In this document: piece by piece, positions 55,348 to 64,000 of the stretch
Position numbering within the stretch: position 1 is the stretch's first letter
Layout of the letters: every line of letters starts with the position of its first letter
Assembly (NCBI GenBank): GCA_937881855.1
Contig: CALGEL010000059.1
Coordinates: 57,032-121,031 of the forward strand
Direction of reading: 5' to 3'
DNA from: an uncultured Clostridia bacterium
GTDB lineage: Bacteria; Bacillota; Clostridia; Oscillospirales; QAKW01
DNA: 64,000 nt
Made by a program: the position numbers and the translations under genes
Notes under the pieces: model-generated
Told to the model about the DNA's origin: nothing
The model's database searches: none
What the model saw: the letters and a program-made list of their open reading frames with translations, nothing else

Positions 55348-56016
55348 ATGGGAATAAATATCGCTATTGATGGGCCGAGTGGTGCGGGCAAAAGCACATT
55401 AGCAAGAAAATTGGCTGCAAAATTAGATTTTATCTATGTTGATACCGGTGCAATGTATCGCACCATCGGATTATACATTTACAGAAAAGGAATTGACCCC
55501 CAAGATGTGGATCAAGTGGCGGCGGTGCTGCCCGAAATCAAGGTTGAACTCTCTTTTGTCGACGGGGAGCAGCGGGTATATCTGAATGGGGAAGATGTTT
55601 CTACGGAAATTCGCTTGCATGAAGTGAGTCAATATGCTTCGCTCACAAGCGCGATCCCTGCCGTTCGTTCGTATCTCTTTGATATGCAACAAACACTTGC
55701 GGCTGAAAATAATGTCATTATGGACGGACGCGATATCGGAACGGTTGTTTTGCCGAATGCGGATGTTAAAATCTTTTTGACAGCGCGTCCGGAAGTGCGG
55801 GCGCAACGGAGATATGATGAACTTTTAGAACGCGGGCAAGAAGTGGAATTCGATCAAATCCTTGCCGATGTAATTCGCAGAGACGAGCAAGATATGAACC
55901 GCCCTGTTGCACCGTTGAAGCCGGCGGAGGATTCGATTATTCTTGATACATCCGGAAATACATTTGAACAATCTTTGGACTTGCTTTATAACACCGTGAA
56001 GGAGCGAATTTCTTGA
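55348..56016 (+). CDS. cmk: cytidylate kinase
   Basis: IAIDGPSGAGKST, YVDTGAMYR, DGRDIGT. Confidence 0.93.
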   Translation: MGINIAIDGPSGAGKSTLARKLAAKLDFIYVDTGAMYRTIGLYIYRKGIDPQDVDQVAAVLPEIKVELSFVDGEQRVYLNGEDVSTEIRLHEVSQYASLTSAIPAVRSYLFDMQQTLAAENNVIMDGRDIGTVVLPNADVKIFLTARPEVRAQRRYDELLERGQEVEFDQILADVIRRDEQDMNRPVAPLKPAEDSIILDTSGNTFEQSLDLLYNTVKERIS

Positions 56017-58010
56017 TGAAACAGGTTCGGACGATAGAGCACGCCGGTTTTTGCTTTGGCGTTTCGCGTGCAGTTGAAATGCTTGAAAAGGAAATTGAGT
56101 TGGGAAGTGCGCCTTTGTATACAGTGGGCCCGATTATTCATAACCCTCAAATTATCGATGATATGCGCCAAAAAGGGGTTCAAATCGCAGAAAGTGTATC
56201 GCAACTACCTTCTGATTGCACCGCAGTTATTCGTGCGCATGGGATAACCAAAGAGGATCGGGCATATCTGGAAGAAAACAAAATTCGGTATGTGGATGCC
56301 ACGTGTCCCTTTGTTGAGAAGATTCATCGCATTGTCGAAAGTGAAAAAGAAAATGTTGTCTTAATTGGCGGAAATCCCGATCATCCCGAGGTGATGGGTA
56401 TTCGCAGTTGCGGCGGAAATGAAACATTTGTGTTTAAAAATGTCGACGAATTAGATGAATTGTCTAAAAAACATCTTGATTTTTCGTCAAAATACATAGT
56501 TGTTGTATGGCAAACGACATTTAATTTAAACGAATATGAAAAATGTTTATCTTTTCTTAAAAAAACCTTTGAATATTTAAAAGTTTATGATACAATATGT
56601 AAAGCGACTCAAATCAGGCAGCAAGAAACCGCTGCTTTGGCTTCCGAAAGCGATGCTATGATCATCGTCGGCGGAAAGCAGAGTTCAAACACGGCAAAGT
56701 TGTTTTCCATTGCGAAAGCAGCATGCCCCTGCACGATTTTAATCGAGCAAGCAAACGAGGTACCAATAAATTTATTATATAAAGAGAGGATTGGTATTGC
56801 AGGTGGGGCTTCCACCCCCGTCTGTATCATCGAGGAGGTAAAACGTATTATGTCGGAACAAAATGTGAACTTGGTTGAGGAAGAAATGACCTTTGAGCAG
56901 ATGCTTGAGAATTCCTTAAAAGTAATTAGTAATGGAGATAGGGTGAAAGGCATCGTTGTCGGAGTGAATCCGTCCGAAGTGAAGGTTGACCTTGGAACTA
57001 AGTATTCCGGCTTCATCACCAGAGATAATTTCTCTGCAGATTCCAATGTGGATCTTATGAACGATGTTGCTATTGGCGATGAAATTGAATGCATCGCTTT
57101 GAGAGTAAACGATATCGAAGGTACTGTTGCTCTTTCTAAGAAAAAGGTTGATGCTATGGCCGGTTTTGAAAAACTGGAAAAAGCATGCGAAGAAAAAGCG
57201 ACTTTGGAAGGCAAGGTTGTTGAAGTTACCAACGGTGGCCTGACTGTTTTGATTGATGGTTCTCGCGTATTTGTACCTAAGTCTTTGTCCGGTAAACCCC
57301 GCAACTTTGATTTTGACACTATGTTAAATGAAGTTGTTGCTTTGCAGATTGCAGAGATTTCTGTGGTTCGCGGTCGCAAGAAGGTGATCGGCTCCATGCG
57401 TGCGATCGAGGCTGAAAAGCGTAAGGCTGCTCGCCAAGAATTTTGGGATAACGCAGCAGTTGGCAATCGCTACAATGGTGTTGTCAAGTCCCTGACCACC
57501 TTTGGTGCGTTCATCGATTTGGGTGGTGTTGATGGCTTGCTTCACATCACCGAGATGTCTTGGGGCAAAATTAAGCATCCCAGCGATGTTATGAATGTCG
57601 GCGATGAAGTGGATGTATACATCAAAGCAATCGACGATGAGAAAAAGAAGATTTCTTTGGGCTATAAAAAGGCTGAGGACAATCCCTTTGTTCTGTTCAC
57701 CAATCAGTATTCTGTCGGCGATGTTGCAACCGTTAAGATTATGAACCTGATGCCCTTTGGCGCATTTGCTCGCATTATCGACGGTGTTGACGGTTTGATT
57801 CATATTTCTCAGATCAGCACCAAGCACATTGCAAAGCCTGCCGATGTTTTAAAGGTTGGCGATGAAGTTGAGGTTAAGATCGTTGACATCAACGAAGAAA
57901 CTCAGAAGGTTGGCCTTTCCATTCGCGCTTTGATGGATGAGGCTGCAGAGGCAGAAGAGGCACTTCCTGTTGAAGAAGTGACCGAAGTTGAAGAAGCAAC
58001 CGAAGAATAA
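56013..58010 (+). CDS. ispH: fusion of 4-hydroxy-3-methylbut-2-enyl diphosphate reductase (IspH) and ribosomal protein S1 repeats
   Basis: The N-terminus has AGFCFGVSRAV, ATCPFV and GGASTP. The C-terminus has four S1 motifs (for example GVVKSLTTFGAFIDLGGVDGLLHITEMS). The TTG at 56013 or the ATG at 56016 overlaps the cmk stop. Confidence 0.9.
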   Translation: MMKQVRTIEHAGFCFGVSRAVEMLEKEIELGSAPLYTVGPIIHNPQIIDDMRQKGVQIAESVSQLPSDCTAVIRAHGITKEDRAYLEENKIRYVDATCPFVEKIHRIVESEKENVVLIGGNPDHPEVMGIRSCGGNETFVFKNVDELDELSKKHLDFSSKYIVVVWQTTFNLNEYEKCLSFLKKTFEYLKVYDTICKATQIRQQETAALASESDAMIIVGGKQSSNTAKLFSIAKAACPCTILIEQANEVPINLLYKERIGIAGGASTPVCIIEEVKRIMSEQNVNLVEEEMTFEQMLENSLKVISNGDRVKGIVVGVNPSEVKVDLGTKYSGFITRDNFSADSNVDLMNDVAIGDEIECIALRVNDIEGTVALSKKKVDAMAGFEKLEKACEEKATLEGKVVEVTNGGLTVLIDGSRVFVPKSLSGKPRNFDFDTMLNEVVALQIAEISVVRGRKKVIGSMRAIEAEKRKAARQEFWDNAAVGNRYNGVVKSLTTFGAFIDLGGVDGLLHITEMSWGKIKHPSDVMNVGDEVDVYIKAIDDEKKKISLGYKKAEDNPFVLFTNQYSVGDVATVKIMNLMPFGAFARIIDGVDGLIHISQISTKHIAKPADVLKVGDEVEVKIVDINEETQKVGLSIRALMDEAAEAEEALPVEEVTEVEEATEE

Positions 58011-58029
58011 TTGCTATTTTAGTTTATTT

Positions 58030-58059
58030 AAAAGCACCATGATTTTCATGGTGCTTTTT
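58030..58059 (+). terminator. rho-independent terminator
   Basis: The stem aaaagcaccatg pairs with catggtgctttt and is followed by TTTTT. Confidence 0.85.
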
Positions 58060-58070
58060 ATATTTTATTA

Positions 58071-58100
58071 TAGACAAAAGTTATATATTTATGATATAAT
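58071..58100 (+). promoter_or_regulatory. sigmaA promoter of miaB operon
   Basis: TAGACA, an 18-nt spacer, then TATAAT with an extended TGa. Confidence 0.55.
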
Positions 58101-58132
58101 TAAATGAAATTAAATTGGAGAATTATTTTTTA

Positions 58133-59539
58133 ATGTTATATCAAGATAAAGAGAAAAATACAACCCAAAAGCGATTACTTGCAATGCAACATATAAAATC
58201 GATTTTAAGCCAAAAAGGGCAACCCCTTTTAGCTTGTGTTCGCACTTACGGATGCCAACAAAATGTTGCAGACAGCGAGCGAATTAAAGGGATGCTCTCC
58301 GAGATGGGATATGAATTTACCGAGAATACAGATGAAGCAGACCTTGTTTTATTCAATACTTGTGCTGTTCGCGAGCATGCTGAACTTAAAGTTTACGGAA
58401 ATGTCGGTGCATTAAAAGGTTTAAAGAAAAAGAACCCTAATATGCTGATCATTTTGTGTGGATGTATGATGCAGCAGGAAACAGTACAAAATCAACTTAA
58501 AGCTAAATACAAACACGTTGATATTGTTTTTGGACCGTCAATGATTGCGGATCTTCCTTTGATGATGGAAACGGCATTGGTGGAAAATCAAAAAATATTT
58601 ACTCGCGAAGAATGCATGGAGATCTCCGAAGACCTTCCTGTTGTTCGTGATGATGCCCATAAGGCTTGGGTCTCTGTGATGTACGGATGCAATAATTTTT
58701 GCACATACTGTATTGTTCCGTATGTACGCGGAAGAGAGCGCAGTCGCGCAAGCAAAGAGATTTTAAAAGAAGTGGAATCGCTGGTCGCCGATGGATATCG
58801 GGACATTACCTTGCTTGGTCAAAATGTCAATTCCTATGGCAAAGATTTAGAAAACGAACTGGATTTTGCGGATCTTCTTTTTGAAATCAACAAGATCAAA
58901 GGGGATTTTTGGATTCGATTTACCACCAGCCACCCCAAAGATTGTAGCATTAAATTATTGGATACGATGGCCGCTTGCGATAAAGTTTGCCATCAGTTGC
59001 AACTGCCGTTTCAATCCGGCAGCAATGTGGTTTTAAAGGAAATGAACCGCAACTATACCGCAGAATCTTATTATGAGTTAATTCAATATGCCCGAAAGGT
59101 TATGCCGGACATTGTCATCACCAGTGATGTTATTGTCGGATTTCCGGGCGAAACCGAAAAGGATTTTCAGGACACACTCAATTTGGTTGATAAGGTTCAA
59201 TTTGATAATTTATATACCTTTATCTATTCAAAACGAACAGGGACAAAGGCGGCTCTTTATGAAAATCAGATCGACGAGGCCACTCAAAAAGAGCGATTCA
59301 ATCGTCTGCTTAAATTGCAACACGGGGTATGCTACGCAAAAAATTTAGAGATGGTTGGAAAAGATTATAGAGTATATGTTGAATCATTGAGCAAAAATAA
59401 CCCTGACAATTTAACCGGCAAGACCGCCGGAGGAAAAACAGTTGATTTCCCCGGTCATCCTGATTTGATCGGAACATTTTGTGATATTACCGTAACCAAA
59501 GCAAAAACTTGGTCTTTGGACGGAAAAATAAAGGAGTAA
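58133..59539 (+). CDS. miaB: tRNA-i6A37 methylthiotransferase
   Basis: RTYGCQQNVADSE, GCNNFCTYCIVP (radical SAM CxxxCxxC) and a TRAM C-terminus. I prefer the ATG at 58133 over the ORF-track TTG at 58115. Confidence 0.9.
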   Translation: MLYQDKEKNTTQKRLLAMQHIKSILSQKGQPLLACVRTYGCQQNVADSERIKGMLSEMGYEFTENTDEADLVLFNTCAVREHAELKVYGNVGALKGLKKKNPNMLIILCGCMMQQETVQNQLKAKYKHVDIVFGPSMIADLPLMMETALVENQKIFTREECMEISEDLPVVRDDAHKAWVSVMYGCNNFCTYCIVPYVRGRERSRASKEILKEVESLVADGYRDITLLGQNVNSYGKDLENELDFADLLFEINKIKGDFWIRFTTSHPKDCSIKLLDTMAACDKVCHQLQLPFQSGSNVVLKEMNRNYTAESYYELIQYARKVMPDIVITSDVIVGFPGETEKDFQDTLNLVDKVQFDNLYTFIYSKRTGTKAALYENQIDEATQKERFNRLLKLQHGVCYAKNLEMVGKDYRVYVESLSKNNPDNLTGKTAGGKTVDFPGHPDLIGTFCDITVTKAKTWSLDGKIKE

Positions 59540-59543
59540 GACA

Positions 59544-59933
59544 ATGAAAGAAATTATTGAAAAAGCTAAAGAATTGGGCGCGCTTTTGCAAAGCAGCGAG
59601 CAAGTTCAAAAGTATAACGCAGCCAAAGCTGCTTATGAGCAAGACGACGAGGTTCAAAAATTAATTAAAGAATTTAATCTTCATCGTATGACGATGATGA
59701 CTTTAAGCAGCGGAGAAAACGCGGATGAGGCTCGTATTGCCGAAGTGGAAGAAAGAATTAAGGCTGTATATGGCAAGATTATGGAATGCGAAAGCATGAA
59801 AACTATGCAGGATGCAGGCAAAGCGGTTGAAGAAATGATGGGTCAAGTCAATGGTGTTCTCTCATTCTATATCACCGGTGAAGAGCCGCAAAGCTGCACC
59901 CACGATTGCTCCACCTGCGGTGGTTGCCACTAA
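59544..59933 (+). CDS. YlbF/YmcA-family regulator with C-terminal Cys cluster
   Basis: A helical N-terminus (AKELGALLQSSEQVQKYNAAKAAYEQDDEVQKLIKEFN). The C-terminus is CTHDCSTCGGCH. Confidence 0.7.
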   Translation: MKEIIEKAKELGALLQSSEQVQKYNAAKAAYEQDDEVQKLIKEFNLHRMTMMTLSSGENADEARIAEVEERIKAVYGKIMECESMKTMQDAGKAVEEMMGQVNGVLSFYITGEEPQSCTHDCSTCGGCH

Positions 59934-59958
59934 TTGAGTTTATTTGGAGGATTAGGAG

Positions 59959-62559
59959 ATGGCCAAACTTTCTCCGATGATGGAACAATTCTTTGAAATC
60001 AAAAACCGATATAAAGATTATATTCTTTTTTATCGTGTCGGCGATTTTTATGAAATGTTTTTTGAAGATGCGGTGACTGCTTCGCGTGAGTTGCAACTTA
60101 CTCTGACCGGTAAAGACTGCGGAATGGAAGAACGCGCACCGATGTGTGGCGTTCCTTTCCACAGCTATGAAGGGTATGCGGCAAAATTAGTTGCGCGCGG
60201 CTATAAAGTCGGAATATGCGAGCAGGTAGAAGACCCTAAGAATGCGAAGGGTCTGGTTCGGCGCGATGTAATTAAGGTGATTACCCCCGGAACAGTCACG
60301 CAATCCAGTATGCTGGACGAAACACGCAATAATTATTTGGCGTGTATTTTTGGCGGGGAAGAGCGCATCGCACTTTCTTTTGCCGATATTTCAACCGGCG
60401 ACATTGAGTTGACTGTATTAGAACGACCGGATAACAAAGAAATATTAAATGAAATTGCTCGCTTTTCGCCCAGCGAAATTTTGCTGAATGCGGCCACCTT
60501 TGCGTGTTCAGAAATTTCCGATTTTGCCAAGGAACGATTGGGCTCCCTTGTGACCCATTTGGAAACCACCGATCCTATTGATTGTATTTCGGCGTTGGTA
60601 AAGCATTTTAATGTTAAAGGTATCGAAGATCTGAATTTACCTTCGGGTGATGAGGCGGTTCAATGCTTATTCTATCTTCTGGCATACATTTCGGAAACGC
60701 AAAAATGCGATATTACTTATCTGGACAAGCTTCATATTTTCCACCCCAAACAATATATGGAGTTGGATGTATCCACCAGACGAAATCTTGAACTTACTGA
60801 GACCATTCGCCGCGGTGATAAAAAAGGTACGCTCTTTTCTGTGCTGAATAAGACCAAAACATCGGCAGGCTCTCGATTGCTTCACGCTTATTTGGAGCGT
60901 CCTTTGGTCCAAATTAACGAAATCAATCGCCGTCTTTCGGCGGTAGAAGAGTTAAAGGATAATGTCATTATTCGCGATGACCTGCGTATTTTATTGAGCA
61001 AGACCTATGATATGGAGCGCCTGATGACGCGCGTAATGCTCAATACATGCAATGCGCGGGATTTGAATGCTTTGGGAATTACATTTGAAATGTTTCCAAA
61101 GATCAAAGAATTGTTGAAATCATTCAAGTCTTCTTTGCTTTGCGAAGTGGATCGCAACCTTTCAAATATGGATGATCTTCAACAATTGATTTCTGCAGCG
61201 ATCAAAGAAGATCCACCGTTGACAATTCGTGAAGGAAATATCATCCGCGATGGTTATGATTCGGAAGTGGATGAATGCCGCGCAATGACCAAAGATTCCG
61301 AAAAAATTATGATCGAGTGGGAAGCGCAAGAACGCGAGCGTACAGGAATCAAATCTTTGAAGATCAGCTACAACAAAGTATTCGGTTATTACATTGAAGT
61401 TACAAAACTTTACTATGATTTGGTGCCTGAAACCTATATTCGCAAGCAGACATTGGTCAACTGTGAACGGTATATTACCGAGGATTTAAAAAATCTTGAA
61501 ACCAAAATCTTGTATGCGAACCAACGGTGCCAAAGCAGGGAATATGAACTGTTTTGTCAGGTGCGCAATAAAGTTGGCGAGCGGTTAAAAGAGATTCAAA
61601 GAGCGGCATCGGCGCTTGCGATGTTGGATGTGCTGGCGTCTTTCGCTCAGGCAGCGCAGGACAATAATTATGTCCGACCGATCGTCGATGAAAGCGATGA
61701 AATTCGAATTGTGGATGGTCGTCATCCGGTGGTGGAAAGTGTTATGAAATCGACACTTTTTGTTCCCAACGACACGCTACTGAACCAAGATGATCAGCGA
61801 CTGGCGTTGATTACAGGACCGAATATGGCGGGTAAGTCTACCTATATGCGTCAGGTTGCTGTTATAACTCTTATGGCGCAAATCGGAAGTTTTGTCCCCG
61901 CAAAAAGCGCCCATATCGGCGTTGTGGACAAGATCTTTACCCGCGTTGGCGCGTCGGATGATTTGTCCTCCGGTCAATCAACGTTTATGGTTGAAATGAC
62001 CGAAGTGGCGCATATTTTGGACCGTGCGACGGAGCAATCCCTTTTGATCTTTGATGAAATCGGCAGAGGGACATCTACCTATGATGGTATGAGTATTGCT
62101 CGTGCTGTTATGGAATACGTTTCCAATAAAAAGAAATTGGGCGCCAAGACGCTATTTGCAACCCACTATCATGAATTGTGTGCGCTGGCAAACCAAGACA
62201 ATGGGATTGTCAACTATAATATTGCGGTCAAAAAGCGCGGAGACGACATTATCTTTTTGAGAAAAATTGTGTCGGGTGGCGCGGATCGCAGCTATGGTAT
62301 CGAAGTTGCGGCATTGGCCGGAGTTCGTCCGGATGTTGTCAAACGAGCAAAACAAATTCTTCAAGAAATCGACGAAGGTGGTATCGAGCGATATACCGCT
62401 CCGCAAACGGTTGTCCCGCAAGAGGATCAAATCAGTTTGGGATATATGGAGCAGTGCGCGATCATTGATCGATTGAAGGAAATGGATGTCAGTACGCTGA
62501 CACCCATTGAAACTATGACAATTTTGTATGAGTTATCGCAGAAAGCAAAGGAGCTTTAA
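59959..62559 (+). CDS. mutS: DNA mismatch repair protein MutS
   Basis: SPMMEQFFEIK, FYRVGDFYEMF, Walker A GPNMAGKST, DEIGRGTSTYDG. Confidence 0.95.
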   Translation: MAKLSPMMEQFFEIKNRYKDYILFYRVGDFYEMFFEDAVTASRELQLTLTGKDCGMEERAPMCGVPFHSYEGYAAKLVARGYKVGICEQVEDPKNAKGLVRRDVIKVITPGTVTQSSMLDETRNNYLACIFGGEERIALSFADISTGDIELTVLERPDNKEILNEIARFSPSEILLNAATFACSEISDFAKERLGSLVTHLETTDPIDCISALVKHFNVKGIEDLNLPSGDEAVQCLFYLLAYISETQKCDITYLDKLHIFHPKQYMELDVSTRRNLELTETIRRGDKKGTLFSVLNKTKTSAGSRLLHAYLERPLVQINEINRRLSAVEELKDNVIIRDDLRILLSKTYDMERLMTRVMLNTCNARDLNALGITFEMFPKIKELLKSFKSSLLCEVDRNLSNMDDLQQLISAAIKEDPPLTIREGNIIRDGYDSEVDECRAMTKDSEKIMIEWEAQERERTGIKSLKISYNKVFGYYIEVTKLYYDLVPETYIRKQTLVNCERYITEDLKNLETKILYANQRCQSREYELFCQVRNKVGERLKEIQRAASALAMLDVLASFAQAAQDNNYVRPIVDESDEIRIVDGRHPVVESVMKSTLFVPNDTLLNQDDQRLALITGPNMAGKSTYMRQVAVITLMAQIGSFVPAKSAHIGVVDKIFTRVGASDDLSSGQSTFMVEMTEVAHILDRATEQSLLIFDEIGRGTSTYDGMSIARAVMEYVSNKKKLGAKTLFATHYHELCALANQDNGIVNYNIAVKKRGDDIIFLRKIVSGGADRSYGIEVAALAGVRPDVVKRAKQILQEIDEGGIERYTAPQTVVPQEDQISLGYMEQCAIIDRLKEMDVSTLTPIETMTILYELSQKAKEL

Positions 62560-62561
62560 AT

Positions 62562-64000
62562 ATGCCTAAAATTCAAGTTTTGGATCAAGACATAGCGAAT
62601 AAAATCGCCGCCGGTGAGGTGGTGGAGCGGCCAGGGAGTGTCATCAAGGAATTGGTGGAAAATGCGCTGGACGCTGACGCGAAACATATAACGATTGAGA
62701 TCCAAAACGGCGGAATTACCATGATGCGTGTTTCCGACGATGGATGCGGTATGAATCGCGATGATGCAAGAAACTGTTTTTTGCGCCATGCGACAAGTAA
62801 GATTAAAAACATTGCCGATCTGTATGCCATCGAAACACTTGGGTTTCGCGGTGAAGCACTTGCGGCAATCTCTGCTGTTTCCAAAGTGGAACTGATCACC
62901 TCAGACGGCGAAAGCGGAACCCGACTTGAATTAGAAGGTGGTAAAGAGATTTCCTGCGATGAGACAGGCGCTCCGCAGGGGACTACCATCATTGTTCGGG
63001 AATTGTTTTTTAACACACCCGCGCGTATGAAATTTTTAAAATCGGATCGTTCGGAAGCGGCATACATTGCCGCTTTGATCGATCGTCTTGCACTATCCAA
63101 TCCGCATGTTTCCTTTAAATTGATTCAAGATGGCAAACAGTTGCTTTCAACCGATGGTAACGGCAAATTATTGGATGTGATCTATGCGGTTTTGGGCAGA
63201 GATGTGACCAAAGGAATGCTTGCAGTGGATTCCACATTGGATCGCATTCGTGTCTATGGTTATGTTGGTGAGCCGACGGTTACCAAGAACAATCGAAACG
63301 CGCAGCTATGCTATATTAACGGCCGTTTGGTGCGCAGCCAAACTGTCTTTGCGGCAATAGATCAAGCATATCGTAACGATCTATTCCACGGCCGCCATGC
63401 TGTCTGTGTTCTTAAAATCACATTGCCTTATGGTTTGGTTGATGTCAATGTTCATCCGAGTAAAATGGAAGTGAAATTTTCCAATGAAAAGATGATTTTT
63501 GAAGCGGTTTATTATGCGATTAAAAACGCATTGAACAAGCAGACCTTGAAGAAAATCGACCAACCCATAGAAAAAAAGACTCCGGAGAACCCATTCAAGG
63601 CTGTTAATACCATTCATCAAGCGCCGAAAACTGTTTCTCCTGCGGTTTCTGTTTTTGAGAAACCGATAAACATTCAACCCGAAATTAATAAAGCCAAAGA
63701 AACGGTTTTTGATCAGGATCCGATCGTTACTTTACCCCCGAAATCATTGTTTGATTTGCAGGATCGGTCGGTTTTGCATGAAAATCCGATTTTAACAGAA
63801 GAGAAACCTGTCGAAACTGTTGCTCAACAGGAATCGGTTAAAAGAGAACCCGAAAAACCGAACGTTCGTTTTGTGGGCGAACTATTTCGCTCTTATATCG
63901 TTGTCGAGTATGGCGAACAGATTTTGTTAATTGATAAACACGCCGCGCATGAACGAATGATTTTTGAACGATTGCTAAAAGAAAGTTCCGCCGGAACTAA
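62562..64000 (+). CDS. mutL: DNA mismatch repair protein MutL, 3'-truncated by the window edge (absent from ORF track because no stop is in the window)
   Basis: MPKIQVLDQDIANKIAAGEVVERPGSVIKELVENALDA, DDGCGM, LGFRGEAL, VDVNVHPSKMEVKF, DKHAAHERMIFE. AAGGAG is 8 nt upstream. Confidence 0.93.
   Translation, partial: MPKIQVLDQDIANKIAAGEVVERPGSVIKELVENALDADAKHITIEIQNGGITMMRVSDDGCGMNRDDARNCFLRHATSKIKNIADLYAIETLGFRGEALAAISAVSKVELITSDGESGTRLELEGGKEISCDETGAPQGTTIIVRELFFNTPARMKFLKSDRSEAAYIAALIDRLALSNPHVSFKLIQDGKQLLSTDGNGKLLDVIYAVLGRDVTKGMLAVDSTLDRIRVYGYVGEPTVTKNNRNAQLCYINGRLVRSQTVFAAIDQAYRNDLFHGRHAVCVLKITLPYGLVDVNVHPSKMEVKFSNEKMIFEAVYYAIKNALNKQTLKKIDQPIEKKTPENPFKAVNTIHQAPKTVSPAVSVFEKPINIQPEINKAKETVFDQDPIVTLPPKSLFDLQDRSVLHENPILTEEKPVETVAQQESVKREPEKPNVRFVGELFRSYIVVEYGEQILLIDKHAAHERMIFERLLKESSAGT

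Overview
This is a 64-kb chromosomal segment from a low-GC, spore-forming anaerobic Firmicute. Clostridia-type markers are sigG, a SpoVM-like peptide, a SipL-like LysM protein, an IspH-S1 fusion and a HydABC-type [FeFe] hydrogenase. I found no transposase, integrase, CRISPR array, rRNA or obvious pseudogene. I support about 70 protein genes, one tRNA-Thr(CGU), and a set of sigmaA-type promoters and intrinsic terminators. Gene order: folD (5' partial); two tandem membrane paralogs; a VanY-type carboxypeptidase with an (E/D)P repeat; a spore block (DUF421, DUF4363-like, two unlisted micro-ORFs including SpoVM, SipL-like); a gap-free 7-gene operon recJ-rel-dtd-MBL-hemZ-ligA-gatB; rpmG-secE-nusG-rplKAJL; dusB; serA-serC; a 5-gene putative sensory module next to a 5-gene HydABC hydrogenase operon; a PrsA-like PPIase; GT2-PAP2; an ATPase; sigG; a mecA-like gene; a class-V aminotransferase; cdaA-cdaR; an aminotransferase plus TIM-barrel gene; nrdR; an orphan ORF; tRNA-Thr; a LicD/cytidylyltransferase/ThDP/SDR/LicD operon; a DUF368 protein; GH20; a flavoprotein; cmk; ispH-rpsA; miaB; a ylbF-like gene; mutS; mutL (3' partial). 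Best candidates for new biology: (1) the LicD-LicD operon at 45473-50996, whose ThDP enzyme, SDR and cytidylyltransferase fusion fit none of the CDP-alcohol pathways I can recall; (2) the DRTGG / RsbW-like kinase / HydS-like / DRTGG / PHP module at 24216-27314 upstream of the hydrogenase, which has no visible output domain; (3) an apparent Cys-to-Ser change in the HydA H-cluster L1 motif; (4) unlisted micro-ORFs including SpoVM next to a SipL-like gene. All functional calls rest on motif recognition by eye. No database search was run.
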